Assembly (NCBI GenBank): GCA_964016885.1
Contig: OZ024744.1
Location: forward strand, 8,060,001 to 8,124,000
Length of the DNA: 64,000 nt
Reading direction: 5' to 3'
DNA from: Eledone cirrhosa
Taxonomy: Eukaryota
Part shown: positions 43,201-55,900 of the stretch, piece after piece
Layout of the letters: each line of letters begins with the position of its first letter
How positions within the stretch are numbered: position 1 is the first letter of the stretch
Translations under genes and position numbers: made by a program
The notes under the pieces: generated by a model
What the model was told of the DNA's origin: nothing
Seen by the model: the letters and a program-made list of their open reading frames with translations, nothing else
Database searches by the model: none

Positions 43201-43858
43201 CCATCTTAGGGTGGTGGATTGGTAGTATTGGTAGAGGGTGTGACACCATGTTAGGGTGGTGGATTGGTAGTATTGGTAGAGGGTGTGACACCATGTTAGG
43301 GTGGTGGATTGGTAGTATTGGTAGAGGGTGTGATACCATACTAGTGTTGTAGATTGTTAGTATTGGTAGCGGTTGTGACACCATACTAGTGTGGTAGATA
43401 GGTAGTATTTGTAGAGGGTGTGATACCATACTAGGGTGGTGGATTGGTAGTATTGGTATAGGGTGTGACACCATACTAGGGTAGTAGAGAGGTAGTATTG
43501 GTAGATGGTGTGATACCATAATAGGGTGGTGGATTGACAGTATATGTAGAGGGTGTGATACCATACTAGTATGGTGGATTGGCAGTATAGGTAGAGGGTG
43601 TGACACCATACTAGTGTGGTGGATTGGTAGTATTGGTAGAGAGTTTGACACCATACTAGGGTGGTAGATTGGTAGTATCGGTAGAGAGTTTGACACCATA
43701 CTAGGGTGGTAGATTGGTAGTATTTGTAGAGTGTGTGACACCATACTAGGGTGGTGGATTGGTAGTATAGGTAGAGGGTGTGACAACATGTTAGGGTGGT
43801 GGATTGGTAGTATTGGTAGAGGATGTGACACCAAACTAGGGTGGTGGATTGGTAGTAT
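40235..43858. repeat. Higher-order tandem duplication, 2 copies, period exactly 1800 bp (40 monomers)
   Basis: Sequence lines are identical 30 lines apart (40261/42061 through 41941/43741). ORFs recur at 40491/42291 and 41346/43146. The private variant GTATCGG occurs at ~41879/43679. Mismatches at 40234/42034 and 42059/43859 bound the block. Confidence 0.95.
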
Positions 43859-45090
43859 AGGTAGAGGGTGTGACACCATACTAGGGTGGTGGATTGGTAG
43901 TATTGGTAGAGGGTGTGACACCATACTAGTGTGGTGGATTGGTAGTATTGGTAGAGGGTGTGACACCATACTAGGTTGGTGGATTGGTAGTATAGGTAGA
44001 GGGTGTGACACCATACTAGCGTGGTGGATTGCTAGTATAGGTAGAGGGTGTGAAACAAAACTATGGTAGTGGATTGGTAGTATAGGTAGAGGGTGTGACA
44101 TCATACTAGTAAGGTGGATTGTTAGTATAGGTAGAGGGTGTGACAGCATACTAGGGTGGTGGATTGACAGTATTGGTAGAGGGTGTGACACCATACTAGG
44201 GTGGTAGGTAGGTAGTATTGGTAGAGGGTGTGATACCATACTAGGGTGGTGGATTGGTAGTATTGGTAGAGGGTGTGACACCTTACTAGTGTGGTAGATA
44301 TGTAGTATTGGTAGAGGGTATGACACCATACTAGGGTGGTGGATTGGTAGTATAGGTAGAGGGTGTGACACCATACTAGGGTGGTAGAATGGTAGTATTG
44401 GTAGAGGGTGTGATACCATACTAGGGTGGTGTATTGGTAGTATAGGTAGAGGGTGTGATACCATACTAGGGTGGTGGACTGGTAGTATAGGTAGAGGGTG
44501 TGATACCACACTAGGGTGGTGTATTGGTAGTATAGGTAGAGGGTGTGACACCATACTAGGGTGGTAGATTGGTAGTATAGTTAGAAGGTGTGACACCATA
44601 CTAGGGTGGTGGATTGGTAGTATTGGAAGAGGGTGTGATACAATACTAGGGTGGTAGATTGGTAGTATAGTTAGAGGGCGTGACACCATACTAGGGTGGT
44701 AGATTGGTAAAATTGGTAGAGGGTGTGACACCATACCAGGTGGTGGATTGGTAGTATAAGTAGAGGGTGTGACACCATACTAGTGTGGTGGATTGGTAGT
44801 ATTGGTAGAGGGTGCGACACCATACTAGGGTGGTGGATTGGTAGTATAGGTAGAGGGAGTGACACCATACTAGGGTGGTAGATTGGTAGTATTGGTAGAG
44901 TGTGTGACACCATACTAGGGCGGTGGGTTGGCCGTATAGGTAGAGGGTGTGACACCATACTAGTATGGTGGATTGGCAGTATAGGTAGAGGGTGTGATCC
45001 CATACTAGGGTGGTAGATTGGTAGTATATTTAGAGGGTGTGACACCATACTAGGGTGGTAGATTGGTAGTATTGGTAGAGGGTGTGACAC

Positions 45091-45410
45091 CATACCAGGT
45101 GGTGGATTGGTAGTATAGTTAGAGGGTGTGACACCATACTAGGGTGGTAGATTGGTAGTATTGGTAGAGGGTGTGACACCATACCAGGTGGTGGATTGGT
45201 AGTATAAGTAGAGGGTGTGACACCATATTAGTGTGGTGGATTGGTAGTATTGGTAGAGGGTGTGACACCATACCAGGTGGTGGATTGGTAGTATAAGTAG
45301 AGGGTGTGACACCATACTAGTGTGGTGGATTGGTAGTATAGGTAGAGGGTGTGACACCATACCAGGTGGTGGATTGGTAGTGTAGGTAGAGGGTGTGACA
45401 CCATACTAGG
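45091..45410. repeat. 89-bp dimer run (44-bp variant + 45-bp monomer); four CCAGG-type monomers at 89-bp spacing
   Basis: CCAGG starts at 45095, 45184, 45273 and 45362. Confidence 0.85.
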
Positions 45411-48400
45411 GTGGTGAATTGGTAGTATTGGTAGCGGTTGTGACACCATACTAGGGTGGTAGATAGGTAGTATTTGTAGAGGGTGTGATACCATACTAGG
45501 GTGGTGGATTGGTAGTATTGGTATAGGGTGTGACACCATACTAGCGTGGTAGATAGGTAGTATTGGTAGAGGGTGTGATACCTTACTAGGGTGGTGGATT
45601 GGTAGAATTGGTAGAGGGTGTGATACCATTATAGGGTGGTGGATTGACAGTATATGTAGAGGGTGTGATACCATACTAGTGTGGTGGATTGGTAGTATTG
45701 GTAGAGAGTTTGACACCATACTAGGTTGGTGGATTGGTAGTATAGGTAGAGGGTGTGACACCATACTAGGGTGGTGGATTGCTAGTATAGGTAGAGGGTG
45801 TGACGCCAAACTATGGTAGTGGATTGGTAGTATAGGTAGAGGGTGTGACACCATACTAGTGTGGTGGATTGGTAGTATAGGTAGAGGGTGTGATACCATA
45901 CTAGGGTAGTAGATAGGTAGTATTGTTAGAGTGTGTGACACCATACTAGGGTGGTGGATTGGTAGTATTGGTAGAGGGTGTGACACCATACTAGGTTGGT
46001 GGATTGATAGTATAGGTAGAGGGTGTGACCCCATACTAGGGTGGTGGATTGGTAGTATAGGTAGAGGGTGTGACACCATACTAGTGTGGTGGATTGGTAG
46101 TATAGGTAGAGGGTGTGACAACATACTAGGGTGGTGGATTGACAGTATTGGTAGAGTGTGCGACACCATACTAGGGTGGTAGATAGGTAGTATAGGTAGA
46201 GGGTGTGACACCATACTAGGGTGGTGGATTGGTACTATTGGTAGAGGGTGTGACACCATTCTATGGTGGTGGATTGGTAGTATTGGCAGAGGGTGTGACA
46301 CCATACTAGGCTGGTGGATTGACAGTATAGGTAGAGTGTGTGATACCATACTAAGGTGGTAGATTGGTAGTATAGTTAGAGGGTGTGACACAATACTAGG
46401 ATGGTGGATTGCTAGTATAGGTAGAGGGTGTGACACCATGTTAGGGTGGTGGATTGGTAGTATTGGTAGAGGGTGTGACACCATACTAGGGTGGTGGATT
46501 GGTAGTATAGGTAGAGGGTGTGACAGCATACTAGGGTGGTAGATTGGTAGTATAGGTAGAGGGTGTGACACCATGTTAGGGTGGTGGATTGGTAGTAAAG
46601 GTATACAGTGTGACACCATACTTGGGTGGTAGATAGGTAGTATTGGTAGAGGGTGTGATACCATACTAGGGTGGTGGATTGGTAGTATTGGTAGAGAGTG
46701 TGATACCATAATAGGGTGGTGGATTGACAGTATAGGTAGAGGGTGTGACACATACTAGGGCGGTGGGTTGGCAGTATAGGTAGAGGGTGTGACACCATAC
46801 TAGTATGTTGGATTGGCAGTATAGGTAGAGGGTGTGACACCATACTAGAATGGTGGATCGGTAGTATAGGTAGAGGGTGTGACACCATACCAGGTGGTGG
46901 ATTGGTAGTGTAGGTAGAGGGTGTGACACCATACTAGGATGGTGGATTGGTAGTATTGGTAGCGGTTGTGACACCATACTAGGGTGGTAGATAGGTAGTA
47001 TTTGTAGAGGGTGTGATACCATACTAGGGTGGTGGATTGGTAGTATTGGTATAGGGTGTGACACCATAATAGGGTGGTAGGTAGGTAGTATTGGAAGAGG
47101 GTGTGATACCTTACTAGGGTGGTGGATTGGTAGTATTGGTAGAGGGTGAGATACCATAATAGGATGGTAGATTGACAGTATATGTAGAGGGTGTGATACC
47201 ATACTAGTATGGTGGATTGGCAGTATAGGTAGAGGGTGTGACACCATACTAGGGTGGTGGATTGTTAGTATTGGTAGAGGGTGTGACACCATACTAGTGT
47301 GGTGGATTGGTAGTATTGGTAAAGAGTTTGACACCATACTAGGGTGGTGGATTGGTAGTATTGGTAGAGGGTGTGACACCATGTTAGGGTGGTGGATTGG
47401 TAGAATTGGTAGAGGGTGTGACACCATACTAGGGTGGTGTATTGGTAGTATAGGTAGAGGGTGTGACACCATAATAGGGTGGTAGATTGGTAGTATTGGT
47501 AGAGGGTGTGACACCATACTTGGGTGGGGGATTGGTAGTATAGGTAGAGGGTGTGACACCATGTTAGGGTGGTAGATTGGTAGTATAGTTAGAGTGTGTG
47601 ACAGCACACTAGGGTGGTAGATTGGTAGTATAAGTAGAGGGTCTGACACCATGTTAGGGTGGTGGATTGGTAGTATTGGTAGAGCGTGTGACACCATGTT
47701 AGGGTGGTGGATTGGTAGTATAGGTAGAGGGTGTGATACCATACTTGGGTGGTGGATTGGTAGTGTAGGTAGAGGGTGTGACACCATACTAGGGTGGTGG
47801 GTTTTAGTATATGTAGAGGCTGTGACACCATACTAATGTGGTGGATTGGTAGTGGGTGTGACACCATACTAGGGTGGTGGATTGGTAGTATAGGTAGAGG
47901 GTGTGATACCATGTTAGGGTGGTGGATTGGTAGTATTGGTAGAGCGTGTGACACCATGTTAGGGTGGTGGATTGGTAGTATAGGTAGAGGGTGTGATACC
48001 ATACTAGGGTGGTGGGTTGGTAGTATAGGTAGAGGGTGTGACACCATACTAGGGTGGTAGATTGGTAGTATTGGTAGAGGGTGTGACACCATACTAGGGT
48101 GGTAGATTGGTAGTGGGTGTGACACCATACTAGGGTGGTGGATTGGTAGTATAGGTAGAGGGTGTGATACCATACTAGGGTGGAGGAGTGACGGTATAGG
48201 TAGAGGGTGTGACACCATACTAGCGTGTTAGATTGGTAGTATTGGTAGAGGGTGTGACACCATACTAGGGTGGTATATTGGTAGAGGGTGTGACACAATA
48301 CTAGGGTGGTGGAATGGTAGTATTGGTAGAGTGGGTGAAACCATGTTAGGGTGGTGGATTGGTAGTAATGGTAGAGGGTGTGACACCATGGTAGGATGGT

Positions 48401-51299
48401 GGATTAGTAGTATTGGTAGAGGTTGTGACACCATGTTAGGGTGGTGGATTGGTAGTATAGGTAGAGGGTGTGACACCATGTTAGGCTGGCTGATTAGTAG
48501 TATTGGTAGAGGGTTTGACACCATACTAGGGTGGTGGATTGGTAGTTTAGTTAGAGGGTGTGACACCATGTTAGGATGGTGGATTGGTAGTATAGGTAGA
48601 GGGTGTGACACCATACCAGGTGGTAGATTGGTAGTATAGGTAGAGGGTGTGACATAATACTAGGGTGGTGGATTGGTAGTATAGGTAGAGGGTGTGGCAC
48701 CATACAAGGGTTGTGGATTGGTAATATAGGTAGAGGGTGTGACACCATACTAGGGTGGTAGAATGGTAGTATTGGTAGAGGGTGTGACACCATACTAGGG
48801 TGGTAGATTGGTAGTATAGGTAGAGGGTGTGATACCATACTAGGGTGGTGTATTGGTAGTATAGGTAGAGGGTGTGACACCATACTAGTGTGGTGGATTG
48901 GTAGTATTGGTAGAGGGTGTGACATCATACTAGGGTGGTGGATTTTTAGTATTGGTAGAGGGTGTGACACCATACCAGGTGGTGGATTGGTAGTATAGGT
49001 AGAGGGTGTGACACCATACTAGTGTGGTGGATTGGTAGTATTGGTAGAGGGTGCGACACCATACTAGGGTGGTGGATTGGTAGTATAGGTAGAGGGTGTG
49101 ACACCATACTAGGGTGGTAGATTGGTAGTATTGGTAGAGGGTGCGACACCATACTAGGGTGGTGGATTGGCAGTATAGGTAGAGGGTGGGACACCATACT
49201 AGGGTGGTAGATTGGTAGTATAGGTAGAGGGTGTGACACCATACTAGGGTGGTGGATTGGTAGTATAGGTAGAGAGTGTGACACCATACTTGGGTGGTTT
49301 ATTGGTAGTATATGTAGAGGGTGTGACAGCATACTAGGGTGCTGGATTGACAGTATTGGTAGAGGGTGTGACACCATACTAGGGTGGTGTATTGGTAGAA
49401 TTGGTAGAGGGTGTGACACCATACTAGGGTGGTGGATTGGTAGTATAGGTAGAGGGTGTGACACCATACTAGGGTGGTAGATTGGTAGTATTGGTAGAGG
49501 GTGTGACACCATACTAGGGTGGTGGATTGGCAGTATAGGTAGAGGGTGTGATACCATAATCGGGTGGTAGATTGGTAGTATTGGTAGAGGGTGTGACATC
49601 ATAAAAGGGTGGTAGATAGGCAGTATTAGTAGAGGGTGTGACACCATACTAGGGTGGTAGATTGGTAGTATAGGTAGAGGGTGCGACACCATCTTAGGGT
49701 GGTGGATTGGTAGTATTGGTAGAGGGTGTGACACCATGTTAGGGTGGTGGATTGGTAGTATTGGTAGAGGGTGTGATACCATACTAGGGTTGTAGATTGT
49801 TAGTATTGGTAGCGGTTGTGACACCATACTAGGGTGGTGGATTGGTAGTATAGGTAGGGGGTGTGATACCATACTAGTATGGTGGATTGGCAGTATAGGT
49901 AGAGGGTGTGACACCATACTAGTGTGGTGGATTGGTAGTATTGGTAGAGAGTTTGACACCATACTAGGGTGGTAGATTGGTAGTATTGGTAGAGTGTGTG
50001 ACACCATACTAGCGTGGTGGATTGGTAGTATAGGTAGGGGGTGTGACAACATGTTAGGGTGGTGGATTGGTAGTATTGGTAGAGGATGTGACACCAAACT
50101 AGGGTGGTGGATTGGTAGTATAGGTAGAGGGTGTGACACCATACTAGGGTGGTGGATTGGTAGTATTGGTAGAGGGTGTGACACCATACTAGGTTGGTGG
50201 ATTGGTAGTATAGATAGAGGGTTTGACACCATACTAGCGTGGTGGATTGCTAGTATAGGTAGAGGGTGTGACACAACACTATGGTAGTGGATTGGTATTA
50301 TAGGTAGAGGGTGTGACATCATACTAGTATGGTGGATTGGTAGTATATGTAGAGGGTGTGACAGCATACTTGGGTGGTGGATTGACAGTATTGGTAGAGG
50401 GTGTGACACCATACTAGGGTGGTAGGTAGGTAGTATTGGTAGAGGGTGTGATACCATACTAGAGTGGTGGATTGGTAGTATTGGTAGAGGGTGTGACACC
50501 TTACTAGTGTGGTAGATATGTAGTATTGGTAGAGGGTATGACACCATACTAGGGTGGTGGATTGGTAGTATAGGTAGAGGGTGTGACACCATACTAGCGT
50601 TTTGGATTGACAGTATAGGTAGAGGGTGTGACACCATACTAGGGTGGTAGATTGGTAGTATAGGTAGAGGGTGTGAAACCATGTTAGGGTGGTTTGATTG
50701 GTAGTATTGGTAGAGGGTGTGACACCATACTAGGGTGGTAGATTGATAGTATTTGTAGAGGGTTTGATACCATACTAGTATGGTGGATTGGCAGTATAGG
50801 TAGAGGGTGTGACACCATTCTAAGGTGTTGGATTGGTAGTATTGGTAGAGGGTGTGACACCATACTAGTGTGGTGGAATGGTAGTATTGGTAGAGAGTTT
50901 GACACCATACTAGGTTGGTGGATTGGTAGTATAGGTAGAGGGTGTGACACCATATTAGGGTGGTGGATTGCTAGTATAGGTAGAGGGTGTGACACAAAAC
51001 TCTGGTTGTGGATTGGTAGTATAGGTAGAGGGTGTGACACCATACTAGTGCGGTGGATTGGTAGTATAGGTAGAGGGTGTGACAGCCTACTAGGGTGGTA
51101 GATTGGTAGTATTGGTAGAGGGTGTGACACCATACTAGGGTGGTAGATAGGTAGTATTTGTAGAGGGTGTCATACCATACTAGGGTGGTGGATTGGTAGT
51201 ATAGGTAGAGGGTGTGACACCATACTAGGGTGGTAGATAGGTAGTATTGGTAGAGGGTGTGATACCATACTAGGGTGGTGGATTGGCAGTGTAGGTAGA

Positions 51300-51335
51300 G
51301 GGTGTGACACCATACTAGGGTGTGACACCATACTA
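51300..51335. repeat. 18-bp sub-repeat (GGGTGTGACACCATACTA) x2
   Basis: Read directly from the sequence; it translates as SMVSHPSMVSHP in ORF 51170..52996. Confidence 0.92.
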
Positions 51336-52264
51336 GGGTGGTGGATTGGTAGTATTGGTAGAGAGTTTGACACCATACTAGGGTGGTAGATTGGTAGTAT
51401 TGGTAGAGTGTCTGACACCATACTAGGGTGGTGGATTGGTAGTATTGGTAGAGGGTCTGACACCATACTAGGTTGGTGGATTGGTAGTATAGGTAGAGGT
51501 TGTGACACCATACTAGGGTGGTGGATTGTTAGTATAGGTAGAGGGTGTGACGCCAAACTATGGTAGTGGATTGGTAGTATAGGTAGAGGGTGTGACACCA
51601 TACTAGTGTGGTGGATTGGTAGTATAGGTAGAGGGTGTGACACCATACTAGGGTGGTAGATTGGTAGTATATGTAGAGGGTGTGACACCATACTAAGGTG
51701 GTGGAATGCTAGTATAGGTAGAGGGTGTGACACAAAACTATGGTAGTGGATTGGTAGTATAGGTAGAGGGTGTGACATCATACTAGTATGGTGGATTGGT
51801 AGTATAGGTAGAGGGTGTGACAGCATACTAGGGTGGTGGACTGACAGTATTGGTAGAGGGTGTGACACCATACTAGGGTGGTGGATTGGTAGTATTGGTA
51901 GAGGGTGTGACGCCTTACTAGTGTGGTAGATGTGTAGTATTGGTAGAGGGTATGACACCATACTAGGGTGGTGGATTGGTAGTATAGGTAGAGGGTGTGA
52001 CACCATACTAGCGTTTTGGATTGACAGTATAGGTAGAGGGTGTGACACCATACTATGTTGGTGGATTGGTAGTATAGGTAGAGGGTGTGACACCATACTA
52101 GGGTGGTGGATTGTTAGTATAGGTAGAGGGTGTGACGCCAAACTATGGTAGTGGATTGGTAGTAAAGGTAGAGGGTGTGACACCATACTAGTGTGGTGGA
52201 TTGGTAGTATAGGTAGAGGGTGTGACACCATACTAGGGTGGTAGATAGGTAGTATTTGTAGAGG

Positions 52265-52996
52265 GTGTGATACCATACTAGGGTGGTGGATTGGTAGTAT
52301 TGGTATAGGGTGTGACACCATGTTAGGGTGGTAGATTGGTAGTATTGGTAGAGTGTGTGACACCATACTAGGGTGGTGGATTGGTAGTATTGGTAGAGGG
52401 TATGACACCATACTAGGTTGGTGGATTGATAGTATAGGTAGAGGGTGTGACACCATACTAGTATGGTAGATTGGTAGTATAGGTAGAGGGTGTGACAGCA
52501 TACTAGGGTGGTGGATTGACAGTATTGGTAGAGTGTGTGACACCATACTAGGGTGGTAGATAGGTAGTATACGTAGACGGTGTGATACCATACTAGGGTG
52601 GTGGATTGGTAGTATTGGTATAGGGTGTGACACCATGTTAGGGTGGTAGATTGGTAGTATTGGTAGAGTGTGTGACACCATACTAGGGTGGTGGATTGGT
52701 AGTATTGGTAGAGGGTGTGACACCATACTAGGTTGGTGGATTGATAGTATAGGTAGAGGGTGTGACACCATACTAGGGTGGTGGATTGGTAGTATAGGTA
52801 GAGGGTGTGACACCATACTAGTATGGTAGATTGGTAGTATAGGTAGAGGGTGTGACAGCATACTAGGGTGGTGGATTGACAGTATTGGTAGAGTGTGTGA
52901 CACCATACTAGGGTGGTAGATAGGTAGTATACGTAGACGGTGTGATACCATACTAGGGTGGTGGATTGGTAGTATTGGTATAGGGTGTGACACCAT
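52265..52996. repeat. Local duplication of a 7/8-monomer block (offsets 315 and 360 bp)
   Basis: The private variant TATACGTAGACGG is at ~52568 and ~52928. Lines 52441/52801, 52501/52861 and 52561/52921 are identical. The homologous region at ~56880-57290 has only one copy. Confidence 0.8.
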
Positions 52997-55900
52997 ACTA
53001 GGGTGGTAGATAGGTAGTATTGGTAGAGGGTGTCATACCATACTAGGGTGGTGGATTGTTAGTATTGGTACAGGGTGTGACACCATACTAGGGTGGTAGA
53101 TTGGTAGTATTGGTAGAGGGTGTGACACCATACTAGGGTGGTGGATTGGCAGTATAGGTAGAGGTTGTGACACCATGTTAGGGTGGTAGATTGGTAGTAT
53201 AGGTAGAGTGTGTGACAGCATACTAGGGTGGTGGATTGGTAGTATAGGTAGAGGGTGTGATACTATAATCGGGTGGTGGATTGGTAGTATTGGTAGAGGA
53301 TGTGACACCATTCTAGGGTGGTAGATTGGTAGTATATGTAGAGGGTGTGACACCATGGTAGGGTGGTAGATTGGTAGTATTTGTAGAGGGTGTGACACCA
53401 TACTTGGGTGGTGGATTGGTAGTATTGGTAGAGGGTGTGCCACCATACTATGTTGGTGGATTAGTAGTATTGGCAGAGGGTGTGACACCATACTAGGGTG
53501 GTGGATTGGCAGTATAGGTAGAGGGTGTGATACCATACTAAGGTGGTCGATTGGTAGTATAGTTAGAGGGTGTGTCACAATACTAGGATGGTGGATTGCT
53601 AGTATAGGTAGAGGGTGTGACACCATGTTAGGTTGGTGGATTGGTAGTATTGGTAGAGGGTGTGACACCATACTAGGGTGGTGGATTGGTAGTATAGGTA
53701 GAGGGTGTGACACCATACTAGGGTGGTAGATTGGTAGTATAGGTAGAGGGTCTGACACCATGTTAGGGTGGTGGATTGGTAGTATTGGTAGAGGGTGTGA
53801 CACCATGTTAGGCTGGTGGATTGGTAGTATAGGTATACGGTGTGACACCATACTAGGGTGGTAGATAGGTAGTATTGGTAGAGGGTGTGACACCATGGTA
53901 GGGTGGTAGATTGGTAGTATTAGTAGAGGGTGTGAAACCATACTAGGGTGGTAGATTGACAGTATAGGTAGAGGGTGTGACACCATACTAGGGCGGTGGG
54001 TTGGCAGTATAGGTAGAGGGTGTGACACCATACTAGTATGGTCGATTGGCAGTATAGGTAGAGGGTGTGACACCATACTACTATGGTGGATTGGTAGTAT
54101 AGGTAGAGGGTGTGATCCCATACTAGGTTGGGTGATTGGTAGTATAGGTAGAGGGTGTGACACCATATCAGGTGGTGGATTGGTAGTGTAGGTAGAGGGT
54201 GTGACACCATACTAGGGTGTTGGATTGGTAGTATTGGTAGCGGTTGTGACACCATACTAGGGTGGTAGATAGGTAGTATTTGTAGAGGGTGTGATACCAT
54301 ACTAGGGTGGTGGATTGGTAGTATTGGTATAGGGTGTGACACCATACTAGGGTGGTAGATAGGTAGTATTGGTAGAGGGTGTGACACCATACTAGGGTGG
54401 TGGATTGGTAGAGGGTGTGATACCATAATAGGATGGTAGATTGACAGTAGATGTAGAGGGTGTGATACCATACTAGTATGGTGGATTGGCAGTATAGGTA
54501 CAGGGTGTGACACCATACTAGGGTGGTGGATTGTTAGTATTGGTAGAGGGTGTGACACCATAATAGTGTGGTGGATTGGTAGTATTGGTAAAGAGTTTGA
54601 CACCATACTAGGGTGGTAGATTGGTAGTATTGGTAGAGTGTGTGACACCATACTAGGATGGTGGATTGGTAGTATTGGTAGAGGGTGTGACACCATACTA
54701 GGTTGGTGGATTGGTAGTATAGGTAGAGGGTGTGACACCATACTAGGGTGCTGGATTGGTAGTATTGGTAGAGGGTGTGACACCATGTTAGGGTGGTGGA
54801 TTGGTAGTATTGGTAGAGGGTGTGACACCATACTAGGGTGGTGTATTGGTAGTATAGGTAGAGGGTGTGACACCATAATAGGGTGGTAGATTGGTAGTAT
54901 TGGTAGAGGGTGTGACACCATACTTGGGTGGGGGATTAGCAGTATAGGTAGAGGGTGTGACACCATGTTAGGGTGGTAGATTGGAAGTATAGTTAGAGTG
55001 TGTGACAGCACACTAGGGTGGTGAATTGGTAGTATAGGTAGAGGGTCTGACACCATGTTAGGGTGGTGGATTGGTAGTATTGGTAGAGGGTGTGACACCA
55101 TACTTGGGTGGTGGATTGGTAGTGTAGGTAGAGGTTGTGACACCATACTAGGGTGGTGGATTTTTAGTATATGTAGAGGGTGTGATAGCATACCAGTGTG
55201 GTGGATTGGTAGTATAGGTAGAGGGTGTGATACCATACTAGAGTGGAGGATTGGTAGTATTGGTAGAGGGGGTGACACCATACTAGGGTGGTAGATAGGT
55301 AGTATTGGTAGAGGGTGTGACACCATACTAGGGTGGTAGATTGGTAGTATTGTTAGAGGGTGTGACACCATACTTGGGTGGTGGATTGGTAGTATAGGTA
55401 GAGGGTGTGACACCATACTAGGGTGGTAGATTGGTAATATTGATAGAGGGTGTGACACCATACTAGGGTGGTGGATTGATAGTATAGGTAGAAGGTGTGA
55501 CACCATACTAGTGTGGTAGATTGGTAGTATAGGTAGAGGGTGTGATACCATACTAGGGTGGTGGAGTGACAGTATAGGTAGAGGGTGTGACACCATACTA
55601 GCGTGTTAGATTGGTAGTATTGGTAGAGGGTGTGACACCATACTAGGGTGGTGTATTGGTAGAGGGTGTGACACAATACTAGGGTGGATGAATGGTAGTA
55701 TTGGTAGAGTGTGTGAAACCATGTTAGGGTTGTGGATTGGTAGTATTGGTAGAGGGTGTGACACCATGGTAGGATGGTGGATTGGTAGTATTGGTAGAGG
55801 GTGTGACACCATGTTAGGGTGGTGGATTGGTAGTATAGGTAGAGGGTGTGACACCATAATAGGGTGGTGGATTGTTAGTATTGGTAGAGAGTGTGATACC

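Larger units (their letters stand above)
37800..46150. repeat. Older, diverged higher-order duplication of a ~3.2-3.3 kb unit, interrupted by the 1800-bp duplication
   Basis: Rare variants recur in the same order: CTTGGGTGGTTTATT 37808/41001/42801 (first offset 3193 = 71x45-2), GCATAAAAGG 38028/41311/43111, CTAGTAAGG ~38933/~44106, TTGGCCGTA ~39710/~44928. The copies differ by substitutions and by whole monomers. Confidence 0.7.
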
